From Phoronis australis (Eukaryota; Animalia; Phoronida): a stretch of 46,748 nucleotides of DNA. Below are positions 1 through 12,620 of the stretch, one piece after another; within the stretch, counting starts at the first letter, position 1; the number at the start of each line of letters is the position of its first letter. A program made the translations under genes and the position numbers. A model generated the notes under the pieces. It ran no database searches and was not told the DNA's origin. It saw only the letters and a program-made list of their open reading frames with translations. The stretch lies in contig NMRA01000013.1 of assembly GCA_002633005.1 (NCBI GenBank), positions 1,157,787 through 1,204,534 on the forward strand. The letters run 5' to 3'.

Positions 1-560
1 TTTTTTGGTTTCTGCCGGACCCATTCCAGAGTGCAATTTGTCTGTCATGGGTCATTTGGTGTTCAGTGCGGTACTATTGTTCGTTTAAAATCAGTTTTGG
101 CCGGTACCTCGAAAATCTAGTCTAGCTCAAATTTTTGATGGCATACCATGGTTGAGATTTTTGGGGGTTTCTGCCGGGCACAACCCAGAGTGTATTTTGT
201 CTGTCATAGGGGTTTTAGTGATCTGTGACATGTATTGAATCACATGGAATTGGTTTTGTGTGGTACCTCGAATGTATGTGCTAGCTCATTTTTGGGGGGT
301 CCTTTTTGGCTTCTGCCGGACCCATTCCAGAGTGCAATTTGTCTGTCATGGGTCACTCGGTGTTCAGTGCGGTATTATTGTTCGTTTTAAATCAGTTTTG
401 GTTGGTACCTCGAATATCTAGTCTAGCTCATTTTTTGGGGTCTTTGTAAGGCCCCCAGGGGTCACACCCAGAGTGCAGACAACGGCAGACGTCCATTTCT
501 GTACATACTGAGGTGGACTTTAAATGCTCCCGTGGTCAGATGTTGGTACCTCGTTCATCT
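1..560. repeat. ~150-bp tandem repeat with a ~300-bp higher-order period, running off the left edge
   Basis: The motifs tctgccgg, ccagagtg, tgtctgtcat, ggtacctcg and ctagctca recur every ~150 bp. Units at ~1 and ~302 are near-identical; the unit at ~160 is more diverged; a fourth unit decays to ~560. Confidence 0.85.
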
Positions 561-650
561 ATGCTAAGTGCTCTGGGCTGCCGGTCTAAATGGGCGGTAA
601 GAGGAGGTTTTTATGTTATTCATCAGCATTGAACGCGCGTGGTGGAACAT

Positions 651-715
651 CCCACTATTCCGATGGCTCACCACTTCAAAGGTTCACTATTCCGAAGGTT
701 TTCTACTTCGAAAAT
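651..715. repeat. Short ~16-bp minisatellite (cactattccgaaggtt)
   Basis: About four degenerate units are visible. Confidence 0.5.
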
Positions 716-813
716 ATCTAAAATTTCAGACTCAGGTCCAACTTTTATACTTTAACGTGAAAAATAAACAATACTTTGGTTATTACTAAGATGCACTGAG
801 TGAGTATATACAT

Positions 814-980
814 CACGGGTGAGAAACAACATCACCGCCGGTCCTCTAAATCGGACTGATTCACCCAAAACAGGATCTCTGGGTATCAAATGGGACCGTC
901 GCACCAGAAAATGGGACTGACGCACCTAAAAACATGACCGCCCCACCAGAAAACAGGATCGCCAGGGACTGACCGCCGGA
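814..980 (+). mobile_element. ~190-bp interspersed MITE-like repeat, family 1, copy 1
   Basis: cacgggtgagaaacaacat...aatgggac...aaaacatgaccgcccc; near-identical inverted copy at 9601-9790 and another at 26324-26495. Confidence 0.85.
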
Positions 981-2817
981 CAATATGTATAGTTATCATT
1001 TGTATGATACTGCTTGTGATTACGTAACTGGTCAGCTAGCTGCGTAAAGACTCGCCAAAATAAAGCTTGGTAGCACTGCGTTATTGAGCTCCGTTACATC
1101 CCCTAAATTTCCCACAGCCCGGGTATAGCTCTGCTCGTCACCTCGTCGTGAAACTTATATCAACATGTAGAGCTAGCGAGCGGAGCAGGCGCATGCAAAA
1201 TCTAGGAGTCAATCAACACTCACCTTGCAGGTTGCAGCCGCTTCAGTGAAAAACAATCTAATGAACGTCATTTGTTTAACTAATGTAACTAAAAAGTCTA
1301 TCGCGCTCGTGACATGAGCACGCAACATGTTCTAAGATTTTGCGACATCTTTCGGAAGATGATGACTCATCTTTGCAGCAGCACGATTTGTTCTGAAATT
1401 CGATTTGCTGGTATTAAAATACTAAAAACTTATGACGAAATGAAATAAGTTCCAATAATTTGTTGTGCCATGCACGCAACCTCGTTGAAGAGAAGAAGAG
1501 CTGACTGAACGGCGAAAAAATTAAAGAACTGGTCAATGTAAGCCGACCTAAAAGAACGCATCTCAATTTTAGCAGCAGAATAACGACAGAACGACAATTT
1601 TTCCCGGCGAGCGCCGATAAATAATTTAGTTTACCCAAGGAAGAATGTCGTTAATAACACTGATTCGGTGAAGATTTTATATGTTCACTGTTTACCCACA
1701 TCGGCGCCAATCTCTATATTTAATATACTGCTTTGCCGCACAAAGGCTAGTCATGATGCTTCACCCGAGAACCAGAACGCCCTTTTTTTTCTTGACTAAA
1801 ACGTCAAATTGGAGAACACGATTTTCATTTAGTTTTAAAACTTACGCAGTGGATAAAGTTATAATTATTTAGCTCAAAAGCGTGCCACGTGGTTGGTTTG
1901 TGGTTAAAACTCAAAAGCGCCGCGTGTTACAAAGTGAAGTGTCCCGTTGTAGCGTACAAACGACATTTACTACGTAAGCCAACACTGCGTGTCATCTTAC
2001 TCATATGGAGTACATTAGCCTGCGCGAAAGTAGTTCACTTCTATCCTTTTGCTCGGTAGACGGCGCTTTTGTAAACATGGTGGCTCGCGAATCCTGATTT
2101 AGGCAGCAGGCCTATTGCGTTTCTCAATCAATATAAACGTTACTGAACAACTTTTGTAAATGCCGACTCAGATCAATTTCCGAACCGGGAATCTAACTGG
2201 GGCCAGTCATGTACACCTGTACGGTTGTACTTGTATAAAAAGTGAATGAAAAGGGTCTGAATTGAAGGTGATTTTCGACACATCACTGTGGCTGTGGCCG
2301 CTTGGACTTCGACTTCGTCTTATCACGCCTAACTAATTTGGAAACAAGTCGCATATAATGTTTCCTGGTTTTGAGAATGACGCTATCAACATGTTGCAAT
2401 ATTAACTTCAGTGCAGGTTCACTAGTTATAGCTCACAGAGTCAGACTGTTAGTGTTAGCCAGATGGAACACACCAATGACAGCAAATGTCTAGACGTGAC
2501 CAGGCGAATACACGTGTTGTTGGTCACTTTGTACCAGGGGAAAATGGGAAACGAACAACAGGACAAGGACATAGTCGAAAAAAGTTAATGAATGTAACAA
2601 CTGAATGACATTCCTATTATTCAGTGGATTAGACAGTGACCACCGTCTCTAACTGGCATTTCGTTTTGTTCAAAACTCACACAGCTGCAGAAATCAGCAA
2701 GAATGGGTGTCAGCAATCTCATTGCTCAGTCTTAAGATAGACAGAAACATGTACTGATGGATTGATTCGCCACCTGTTTCTAAGAAGCGAACAGGAGCAA
2801 ACATTTAGTTGACCATG

Positions 2818-2912
2818 GGCATTCAGTATCTGAGAATTATCAACAATCCAACCCTTTCTTGTCACTGACAAGAAAGGGTTGGATTGTTGATAATTCTCAG
2901 ATACTGAATGCC
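2818..2912. repeat. Perfect 95-bp palindrome (47-bp arms, 1-nt spacer)
   Basis: ggcattcagtatctgagaattatcaacaatccaaccctttcttgtca-c-tgacaagaaagggttggattgttgataattctcagatactgaatgcc. Confidence 0.97.
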
Positions 2913-4317
2913 TGTCTAAAGATTCAACCGAGCAACTTGATCGGAAACTGTTGTTTAAAATCTGTACATCTTTGGGTGACCTTTGCAAGACTTCAGAAAA
3001 AGTGTGCTTAGACTTTCCATGAGGAACCTGGATGACAAGCCGCTTCTTTGGAAAATTGTAAAAGAAGTGGAAAACCGTCCACATGGGCTACCACTTCTGT
3101 TACTATGTGTCATTCACTACATATTTGTATGACTAAGAATGAATTCACTGTAGCCATAATGTATGGGATACATGTAGATGTTTGCCAAAAACCCTCAACT
3201 CTGTGCTGTACAGAGGCTATTGACTGCTGCGTGCATTCGTCATCATGCTGGCAATGGTGTATGTTTGAATATTTTTTATGGCAAGAGATGGATCACGTTT
3301 ATAGCTTATAATTGTTTTCAACATATATTTTTAGCAAAGGTTACAAAGTTGATGATAGCAATTAGATAGGTGATTAAAAATTCTCCAGATTGAGGCATCC
3401 TCCTGAATTCGGAACACATAAATCATTGCTGAAATTTAATTTTTTCATCTTGAAATTTGAGGCGTGAGTGATTTTTATATTTTCGTACTTTTCAAATTCC
3501 TAACGCTATGTTGTAGCATGACAGGTTGCACGATTACTCACATGACAAACATTTAATAAATTGTTACCATTCCCCTTGAATTTCTGACAGACAATTGTGT
3601 GAATTTCTAAAAATTGTGACAAGCTCCCACTTTGAACAAAATAATTATTCACTGTCCCAAACTAGAGAATTTTTGGGTAATTAATTTTTGAAATTCTTAA
3701 TATGTAGTTAACTGTAAAACTGATGGATGACTGTTCTTGTTTATGAGAGGATCTGCTTTAAGAAAAAAGGTTGTAAAAGTGATGACAATTTATTGTTTAG
3801 CTTTTGATCTTAAGTGATGGTGTGGTAGTTTTCATCAGCTTTTTAAAATGTGAGTGACAAAAGGTAGAAATCATAAGTGACAACACATATCAATAGTCCA
3901 TTTCAGTTAGTGACTCTGAAGCAGATGATAATTGTGGCAGTACCCGTGTGGTTAAAGAGTCATGACATAATGCTTTCGATTTAAAAATCTTGAGGGACTC
4001 TCTGATTTGTAAGCTACAAGTGTTTTTCCCACAAGAAATGATGTTTGTGTGTTGTAAAAATCAGTTGCATACTGAGTTAGCCACTGAATGATCTCAGTGC
4101 TTCATATGGTTAAGGGGATTTTCATCAAAAATAGTATTTATTTTAATTGGCTAGACTGATACATACCAAGGGAACTTGTGCCACGTGATAAAATGTTATT
4201 GTTTACATATGTTTTGGAAAAAATAAATGGTTTAACGAGATCATGAAATGTTGCAATTGTGTCTTTAGCATCTAACGTCAATGTATAATACAGGATTACT
4301 TCTACATAAACATTTAA

Positions 4318-7300
4318 GAGACAGTCCATATAAAAAACAGTAGATTTTTTCAAAAATCAGTCTATACGTCAAAATTTAAAACAACTTCATTTTTTGTACA
4401 TGGGTAGGTATCCTAACATAAACCCAAATGCCAAATTTTGTGCACTCAATGACCCCTAATTTCGCCGCTGGAGCATGATAACACAAATTGGCACAATTGG
4501 GCATATTAGCCGTCTCAAAAATCGCATGTTTTTAGTAACAAAAATGAGTAACATACAAAAAAGATCAAAAGTTATATTTTGGTGGCTGAAATAACCAACG
4601 TATACTGTACATAATTCTGTGCCATTTATTAAAATCTGACAGTTTTATGCTAGACAGGGGAGATAATCCACAGACCACTTTTGGGGGCTAATTTTAGTGG
4701 CCATTTTTGTGACCTTCTTACTGCCATAAAACACCTTGTAGCCTTATGTGACGTTTTGAACATACAGTTAAAGAGTTAGTCTTAAGGACTAAGCAATAAA
4801 AAATCTTGCCTCAACTTTGCACCTTAATGAAAATTGTCTTGCAAAACTGTCTATTTTCATAGTTTGGAAATGACGAGCAGAGTTTACAGACCATTTGAAT
4901 AAACTTTTAGGCAAGAAGTCTGCTTTAAATAGTTATAGAAACCAAGTCTAAACTCTTTCAAATGAAAACAAGATGTTTTCCGGGTTTATTACGCGGCTAG
5001 TATCAAACTTGAACCCAATGACCTTTGTCCACTGAGGGAGTCAGTTGAGGTTAAGCTTGAGGATATATAAAAAATGTACGTGTAACCCTCTTGTATTCTT
5101 TCATTTCTTTTACATTATTAGGTTAATTTAAACACTCAAACACTCTGTAGAAATTTTAAATGGAAATAAATGCCTTTCAGATTAAACGAGTAAGAATTTA
5201 TATTTGTAATGACTGGTTTTGAGAGAAGCAAGTGCATTCTAAAAAGACAAAATGGCGGACGATGTCGATGGGCTTTCATGTTCCTGTAGAGTTTATTCTG
5301 CAAAAAATCCGATCACAAAAGCTTTGTGCTTTAATGAGTTATGTCAAAGACACCACTGAACATTTGAGATACAGGAAACTACCTCACAAAGCAAGGCCTT
5401 TGCCAGAGTACGCACTCGTACTACCCAGAGTCGGTGAATTTCTGACTGAAAAGGACCAGTCATGGAAGAGTCAGGTAATGCTGGATGTTACCACTCTGCT
5501 CCTCTCCTCCTGAACGTAGCAGCCTTGTCAAATTCTACCTGCATTTATGTTTCGAGATATGACTTTAGTGAAAGTCAGAATGGAAAGGATCTCTGTGATC
5601 GCAAGATCGCTCCACTCAAACAACATGCAAAGTACTTTGTAGCCGAAGGTAACAATATCATAAACTTTCTGGATTTGAAAGAAGCATTACTTTCCAGTGG
5701 CCGTGTGAAGGGATGTTATGTGTACATGTATGCATGTTCAGTCAATGCAACAAAGTCTTTTCCAAAATACTCAGTTCCTGGTATAAGCACATTCCCAAAT
5801 TCCCACTATTCCACCCAAGGAATTCGCGTGTGGAAATCATTCCATGTAGGTGACGATAAGTTCTTACAAATACTGAGAAAATGGGAAACCTATTTCTCTA
5901 AAATACACTAACATCTCTAGACATGGCGGATTTTCAACACCAAGAGTTAAGGTTGGCATTGTATCTAGTGAAGAGCCTCAACAAAGGTCCCTTGTACCCA
6001 GCAAGGTTACTCGAAATGTTTTGCTACAGACGCAGAACTAGGTCAGCATTTGGATGTGGGTAACCATACTGAACATTTACAGAGGGAAACCACGTATGAC
6101 CACATCGCACGACAGTGGTCAGAAATGCTCTCAGATGCAAGAACCGGAGAGTCATTTGAGGCAGCCCCAGAGTACTATTTGGATGAGACGAATGTTGAAG
6201 CAATAGGTTAGGCATTGAAAAAAGGTAAAAGGTCAACAAGATTTTCAGCAAAGGTTAAGAACTTTCTGACGAACATATTCGATGAAGGAGATAAGTCAGG
6301 TAAAACTTCACCCTCGGAAGTGCCAAAATGGAGAAAACATTACGAGAACCCACTGGTAAAGTGTTTACCTGTGATATTAAGTGAATCGCATATTGGTGGA
6401 TTTTTTCGAGGTTGTCTGCAGCAATGTTTATGACGATGCAATTTCTGCTGAAGATGCTGTTATATCGTCAGATTTACTGAATGAAGTGGTAAATGAGCTC
6501 AACGTTTAGCCTAGTTTTGTAGCATACCAGTCAAAGATGTGTGATATATGAAGTCAAGAGTGTTACTTCTGTTTGCTTCATGTCTGTCATGAATGAGTCA
6601 TTAATAAAGTTGTCTCTCGTGAATTATTTTCTATTGACTGTGAATGTGTACCTTTTTATACCACTGATGATCACACTGACAGAAATATTCAGCGTTAGGG
6701 TGCCCGGTGTGTGGGGGAACACCAGATTTCTGGCGACTGGTGGCGATTAAAATGTGTAGCAACCAGCAGGGACATTACAATATGAACCCAAAGTTACAAT
6801 GACTATTGACAAGTTGAAGGATTTTTTGCACTGAACACTAGGGAGCCATATCCACCTTGGGTGCCTTCCTTTGCCTGTGGCACGAACAAGGCAGATAGAA
6901 AACAAGGCAGGGGTGAGTTCAGTAACACTAGAACCTCTCTAAAATTTATCCAAAACCACGTGTTCTCATTTAAAATGCAGGACAATATCTCGCGAAGTCT
7001 TGAATTATAGCAAGGAACTCGTGTTACTGCTCTTATTCTAGATGCGCCTTTAGTCTCTACGTAAACAAAAACAGCGCCATCTATCATTTAGAACCACGCA
7101 TGCCAGTTGATTTACGTTACATATTTTATGTAATAAGCAATAATCATCAATGACGTTTTCATAGAATGGTAATTAATAATGCTGTCTGACTTTTCTCCAA
7201 AATACAAGGCTTTTATGTCGTGTTTCGCAAGCTAATTATATGTTCCAAGAGCCCCCTATTGGCAGCAGAGGCAACTGAGAACATGCAAAAGGACGAAGTG

Positions 7301-7821
7301 CAGTTCGTGTAATGCTTCCTACGCAAAAAGTACATTAGAGGCAAGATTTTTTATTTTAGATTATGAACAGGTTAGGAATGACTAAACAAATTATTATAAA
7401 GTCAATTTCAGAAAAGGTGCGTTATGGCTGCTACAGAGTGCCAAATTTGGCCGAAAATGGCTTCAGTGAAAACCTGAAAAATAGCCGTTTTTGCCTCACA
7501 AATTCAAAACGTACAAATTTGAAAATGGACTTTGAAAGTTATGCCATTGAATTATTCAGCCATTGCTCTTTCAATTCGTATTATTCATTTGTTTTTTCCT
7601 TACCACACATGCTAGTAAAATGCACTCAAACATGCCTACTTCGACGCCCAATTTTGTTGCAAAATGGAGGTACAGGTCATAAAAAGAAAAATAATGAATG
7701 AAAATTCTTAAAAAGTGAGGTTTTTCTACATCTCAACAAACCAAACTCATCTGCTAAGTTTAAAAAAAATCGGTGATTTTGGGTATAGACTCTACCTGTT
7801 GGTTTTTATATGGAGTCACTC
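4318..7821 (+). mobile_element. Sola3-like DNA transposon relic
   Basis: TTAA|GAGACAGTCCATATAAAAA at the left end and TTTTTATATGGAGTCACTC|TTAA at the right end (TTAA TSD, GAG..CTC termini, imperfect TIR), enclosing a decayed transposase. The superfamily call comes from recalled hallmarks, not a search. Confidence 0.65.
5462..6433 (+). pseudogene. Degenerate DDE transposase (Sola3-like)
   Basis: S(G)NAGCYH...YDFSESQNGKDLCDRKIAPLKQH..YFVAEGNNI in ORF 5462..5911, and G*ALKKGKRSTRFSAKVKNFL..IFDEG..SGK followed by IGGFF in ORF 6215..6433. Stops and frameshifts present; the D of the expected SDNAG motif is G. Confidence 0.75.
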
Positions 7822-9600
7822 TTAAAATGTTATAAATTTTGGATTTCCTTTATATAGTTAAGTTAAAAATGCATACCTACGTGATGTTCTCTGTACATTT
7901 GTTGCTTTGATAACACTATCACTGATTGTGTTACTGTATCAAAAATCAAAAATTAAAGGGCAATTTTGACTGTAAAATCACCCATGAAAATCTTATTTTA
8001 ATGATGTGGATTTCCGACTCTCTCCCAATTTTTGTACTTCAGGGTGACCTAAAGGGGCTGCTGGGTTCCTTGTTAATTCCAGGTTGTCGTATATCTTGGG
8101 AAGCATTTTTATTTAGTGCACCTGCATTGAATAAATTTATTTTTTTGATTATTTTTGGCAGCTTTCCAAGATTTCCGTAAAACTTCCAAACTCAGATTTG
8201 GAAATTCTTGGTATTAGAAAAGGCATAAAAATTGGTGCTGTGAAACCTATTGTGATACGAATAGATGTTACTGAAAGTATTTTTTATCTGCATTAAACTC
8301 ATCATTCTAACACAATGTGTCTTTCGTTGATTTTCTTAACTGCCACGTTGGAAGCCAATTCCTTGTTTTGGAAGCTAATTCCTTGTTTTGCAAGCGTTTC
8401 ACACCATCACTTGTTGATGTCAGAGCCTCGGAGTTAGCATTCATTACTTGATAATTTCCGTTAGTTATATCACTAATTGGAAAACATAGGCGCATTTAGG
8501 GGGGCAGGGGCTGCCGCAAACAAAATGAAACAGCAACAGCGCAACGCGTGAGGAAATATAACTAGGACCGGTACTGGAGAAGGGGGGGGGGGAACTCGTA
8601 CCCCAGATCGTGGCTGGCTCTCGTTCCCGTTTTTTTATTTTTTCAATTCTTTTTAGTCGATAGATTTCCCGAACAGAAGGTTCATACTCCGGGCCACCGC
8701 AACTTTCGGGACGCCTGTACACATACAACCGTGCTCTGCTCAATTCCCTTAGGCAACATGTTGAGGCCCCCCTTCTGGTCCTGCCACCCTAACAGTATTA
8801 CAAAACGTCACCACTAGTTTCTTCATCATCAGTATCATCATCACTAATGTCTCGCAAAAATGTTGCTATTCTGGTATTGTAATTAGTGCACGGCAAAGAT
8901 CTACTAAAGTTTGGTGAACTACAGGGCTAATAAGCAATTAAATTGCAGTTCAGTGTGGGAACGTCAATAGCGCAATTAGTTGTTGCAATTAGTTGTGCTT
9001 CTTCTGCTGGTTTTATTTTAATCACACAGTGAACCTTTTATGTTCACTTAATGATAACTAAACCGTTTCAATGATGTTTTTCGGTTGAAAATTGCTTCAA
9101 TTAATACTACAGGTACTCCAATATCGTCCGCATTAGTCGCGATTCTACTCGGGGATTCCATTGACAGAGAATTCCCCGAGTATGCATGACAAGGGAGATA
9201 AGTCTTTACTTTGATGCGTAAACGAGTAGACAAATACGGATTTTCTCATCCACGAGGATTATAATTACCATTTTTAAGAGCTTAGTCCTAACTGCTACAA
9301 AACTCATTCAAATTACAACAATGACGAAACGTTTTTCTGCGGTTTATTTGGCGCGGATACGAACCGATATGATCTCGCGAGATCCAGCCTCATCACCCGT
9401 TTTTCACGGTATTTTGTAAATGTGATGTGCCATACATGTATGTGAAAGACTAGTCGCCAACCGACTAGAGCGACGTCTTTCGTGAAAATGCACAAACGAT
9501 GTCGTTGGAGTAATCGGCACAAGACCTGCATATGCATACGTAAATAGCTCCATTGCATGATCTGTGTAGGCCTACCGGTAATAAATCTTAACTTGTTTGT

Positions 9601-9790
9601 CACTGCGGTTTCAATCCCCGGCGGTCATGTTCAGTCCCCGGCGGCCCTGTTTTCTGGTGGGGCAGTCATGTTTTTAGGTGCGTCAGTCCCATTTTCTGGT
9701 GCGACGGTCCCATTTGATCCCCGGAGGTCCTGTTTTGGGTGAGTCGGTCCGATTTAAGAGGACCGGCGGTCATGTTGTTTCTCACCCGTG
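9601..9790 (-). mobile_element. MITE-like repeat family 1, copy 2 (apparently full length, CAC...GTG ends)
   Basis: Reverse complement of 814-980; starts cactgcgg, ends cacccgtg; no clear TSD. Confidence 0.85.
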
Positions 9791-11339
9791 TACATTGTAT
9801 ACCGAAAACAACGCCCGGTACTAAAACACTTTGTTTGGTTTTCATGCGCATGCGAAATTGCCCGTATGTCTTACGAATATGGAAAAATGAATACGCACTT
9901 GCATGTTTGAAAGAATATGAAGTAGGACTATTGCGAATTATCAACCACGATACATTCTATCAAATCTATGTCAACATCGCACCATTTCACAGCGCGACTG
10001 AAAAGCTAAGGGCCGCTGAGCCTCAACCTCGCGCTCGACCGGTTCGAAACTATTGCAGTTTGTAGGCTACCCTGTCCCTGCCAAGAAATCAGCCTAAATT
10101 TCAAGCCGCTGTTGGTCGCCGCAGCCCTGGCCCCTGTGCCCCAGATGTTGTCGCTGCTTGAGAATGAGTCGTGAGTTAGATTCAAGAATCACGATTGGTA
10201 GTGATTGCCAAACTGGGCTCATTTGTAAACGGCGTACATGTAATCAATGGACACGTATTAAGAATTATTCAACTCTTTTACAGCCTGTAAATGATTACTA
10301 AATGGACTCAAGTACAATACTAATTTGTTCATGTCCGTTCTGACTCATTAGCAGACAATCAGAGTAATGCACTGTTGGAGTTCTGTTTTTTGGAATTGTA
10401 GCCCCACGAAGCCGCCCTGGCTACGGGCCTGACTTGTGTGTATTCCTAAATGCGTGACGATATCTCGGGATGGCTTGCGTGATCTCGACAAGCAGCCACG
10501 AAAACAGACTTTCCCAATAATGTTTTTTCCCGCTGATGACGTTTTAATTACGTAAAGAGACGTTGATAATGACTCCTGCACGATTGTGGTGATATTGTTG
10601 AAGTTGACTGTGGCTCAGAAAATGGAGAAAACAGTGTTTGCTTCAGGCCGTATACATTCTTTAAACTTTCGTTGGTATGTGGCGCGAGCAGTTTACTACA
10701 CTGTAATTCCAGAATACGTGAATACCATACCATCCCTCAAATGTTTTCAGAGATTGTCACTAAATGATTTGTGCACGTCGCATACCTTCTAACATGACTG
10801 AAATAAAACCAAAAATTGGTGAACATGATCGTGAAAATACCTGGTTACCATGGTAATGATAATCAATTCATTTTAGCGACACCTTTCAATTTCAACAAAA
10901 AGTTCACTCAATACTCTGCAAGGTTGCCTTCTTCAATACTTTAACACGAGTTTGTCCCCAAGTCTGAAACAGCTTCGCAACCCCGTGAGTTTCAAGGGAG
11001 GTTACATCAAGTACTTTCAGCACCATTGACTGCTTCCAGTATAATTTAGTCATCAAATTTAAATTTGATTGTTTTCGTCGGCTATCAACTACAATAGACA
11101 GTAAAATCATAAAAAATCAAAATACCCCGCGCTTTCCCAAGTGTTTTAAATCGTTTGTAAACAAATTCTAATTTAAGCTAAATCGCTCGGTATTTTCAGC
11201 AAATTGTTTGTCATCAGTTGTGACATTCAATTTCTGCTCAATCATTTGTTTGCAAAACAAGGATTTAGCTGACAAAACTAAATCAGTCGCAAACATTGAC
11301 TTAGTGTCGACGACTTGTTGATGCACAGAGCAGGTGACC

Positions 11340-11510
11340 GTTGATTTCCATATATTTGTTGGAGTTACAAGTGCCATGCAGTTGAACTTTGATTTTCATA
11401 TATTTGATGGTGTTACAAGTGAAATGCTGGAGGGTGTTTATTTTCATACATTTGTTGGTGGTACAAGTGCATTGCAGGTGGACATTCATTTTCACACCTC
11501 TGCTTCTCAA
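11340..11510. repeat. 48-bp tandem repeat, ~3.5 units
   Basis: ttttcatatatttgttggagttacaagtgc recurs every 48 nt, producing the 16-aa periodicity in ORFs 11301..11510 and 11334..11543. Confidence 0.8.
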
Positions 11511-12620
11511 GTGTGCTCAAAAAGATTTCAAGTTATGACATAGCGTTTTTCGAAAATTAAAAAACCTGTAAACAACATTCACTTTGTATTACTTTATTTG
11601 AAATAACTGACTTGATGTCCCACCCATTCACATGAGTGATGAAAATATAGGGAGCCGAGTACGCGCACTAAGCTCAGTTCCCGATAGTAAAACAAGAAGC
11701 ACCTAGGCCACAGAAGTTCCCTTATGACTATGAATAAAATAAAGTAGTACAATACAAATTACAAAACAAACAGAAACATAAAATAATACGAAATATATAT
11801 ACGAGGAAGATGGACTATCAAAAGCGTTGCAGGTGGTTCGGAGAGAAAAAAGATCTTGAGGTTGGTACTTCAATGTATTGAGAGCTTCTGTCTGTGATAG
11901 CAGGAAAATGATATCTATATGTATATTCAGCCAGCTGGACCAATCAGAATACCTAAAAGGTGAAAAACTGACCAATCAGGGAGCCACCTGGCCTGGGGTA
12001 TTTACAAACCAAACATGACTTCACAGTGGAGCAGGTGCCTAGAATGAGGGGATGAGGATGTAGCAAATTAAGTGTAAACATATAACTTGAGCTAATCAAA
12101 AGTCAAGAGGTCCACTAACTACCTAGTAACACAATACACAGTGCGCTAAGTAGCAGCATCTATAACTACCAAGGAAATGGAAACTAAACAAATATAATGA
12201 AGCATGAACCAAAGTAACTACACCTAAAAGGAAACAAAGAAATAGTTGAAGATCACTGACGCCAAGTAATAGCGGACAATCTCCAATAACGATTGTACAA
12301 ATAAAGTCCTGAAAATAGACTATTGCGAAACTCTAATACGTAATACGCATTTCCGAATGTCCCCAGGCTCAAAAAGAAAGAGAAACCGTTACATGCAAAT
12401 GATCCAAAAATTAAGTCACATGCAAACATCGAAAATGAGAATAATAAAGATAATATAGATAATATTAACAATAACAATAATAATAATATAGGGGATAGAA
12501 TAGTTACCTACACGCGACCTGTTTATGTTTACGGACCCAGCTTTCGAGCCCGTCCTGGGCCCTTCCGTCGTCGGAGTACTGGCGGGAATGTATCATAACT
12601 CTCCGAATAACAACGCTTAA

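Noticed and set aside
1-560. CRISPR-like repeat-spacer array
   Set aside because: Eukaryotic context; the intervening sequences are themselves homologous; no cas genes.
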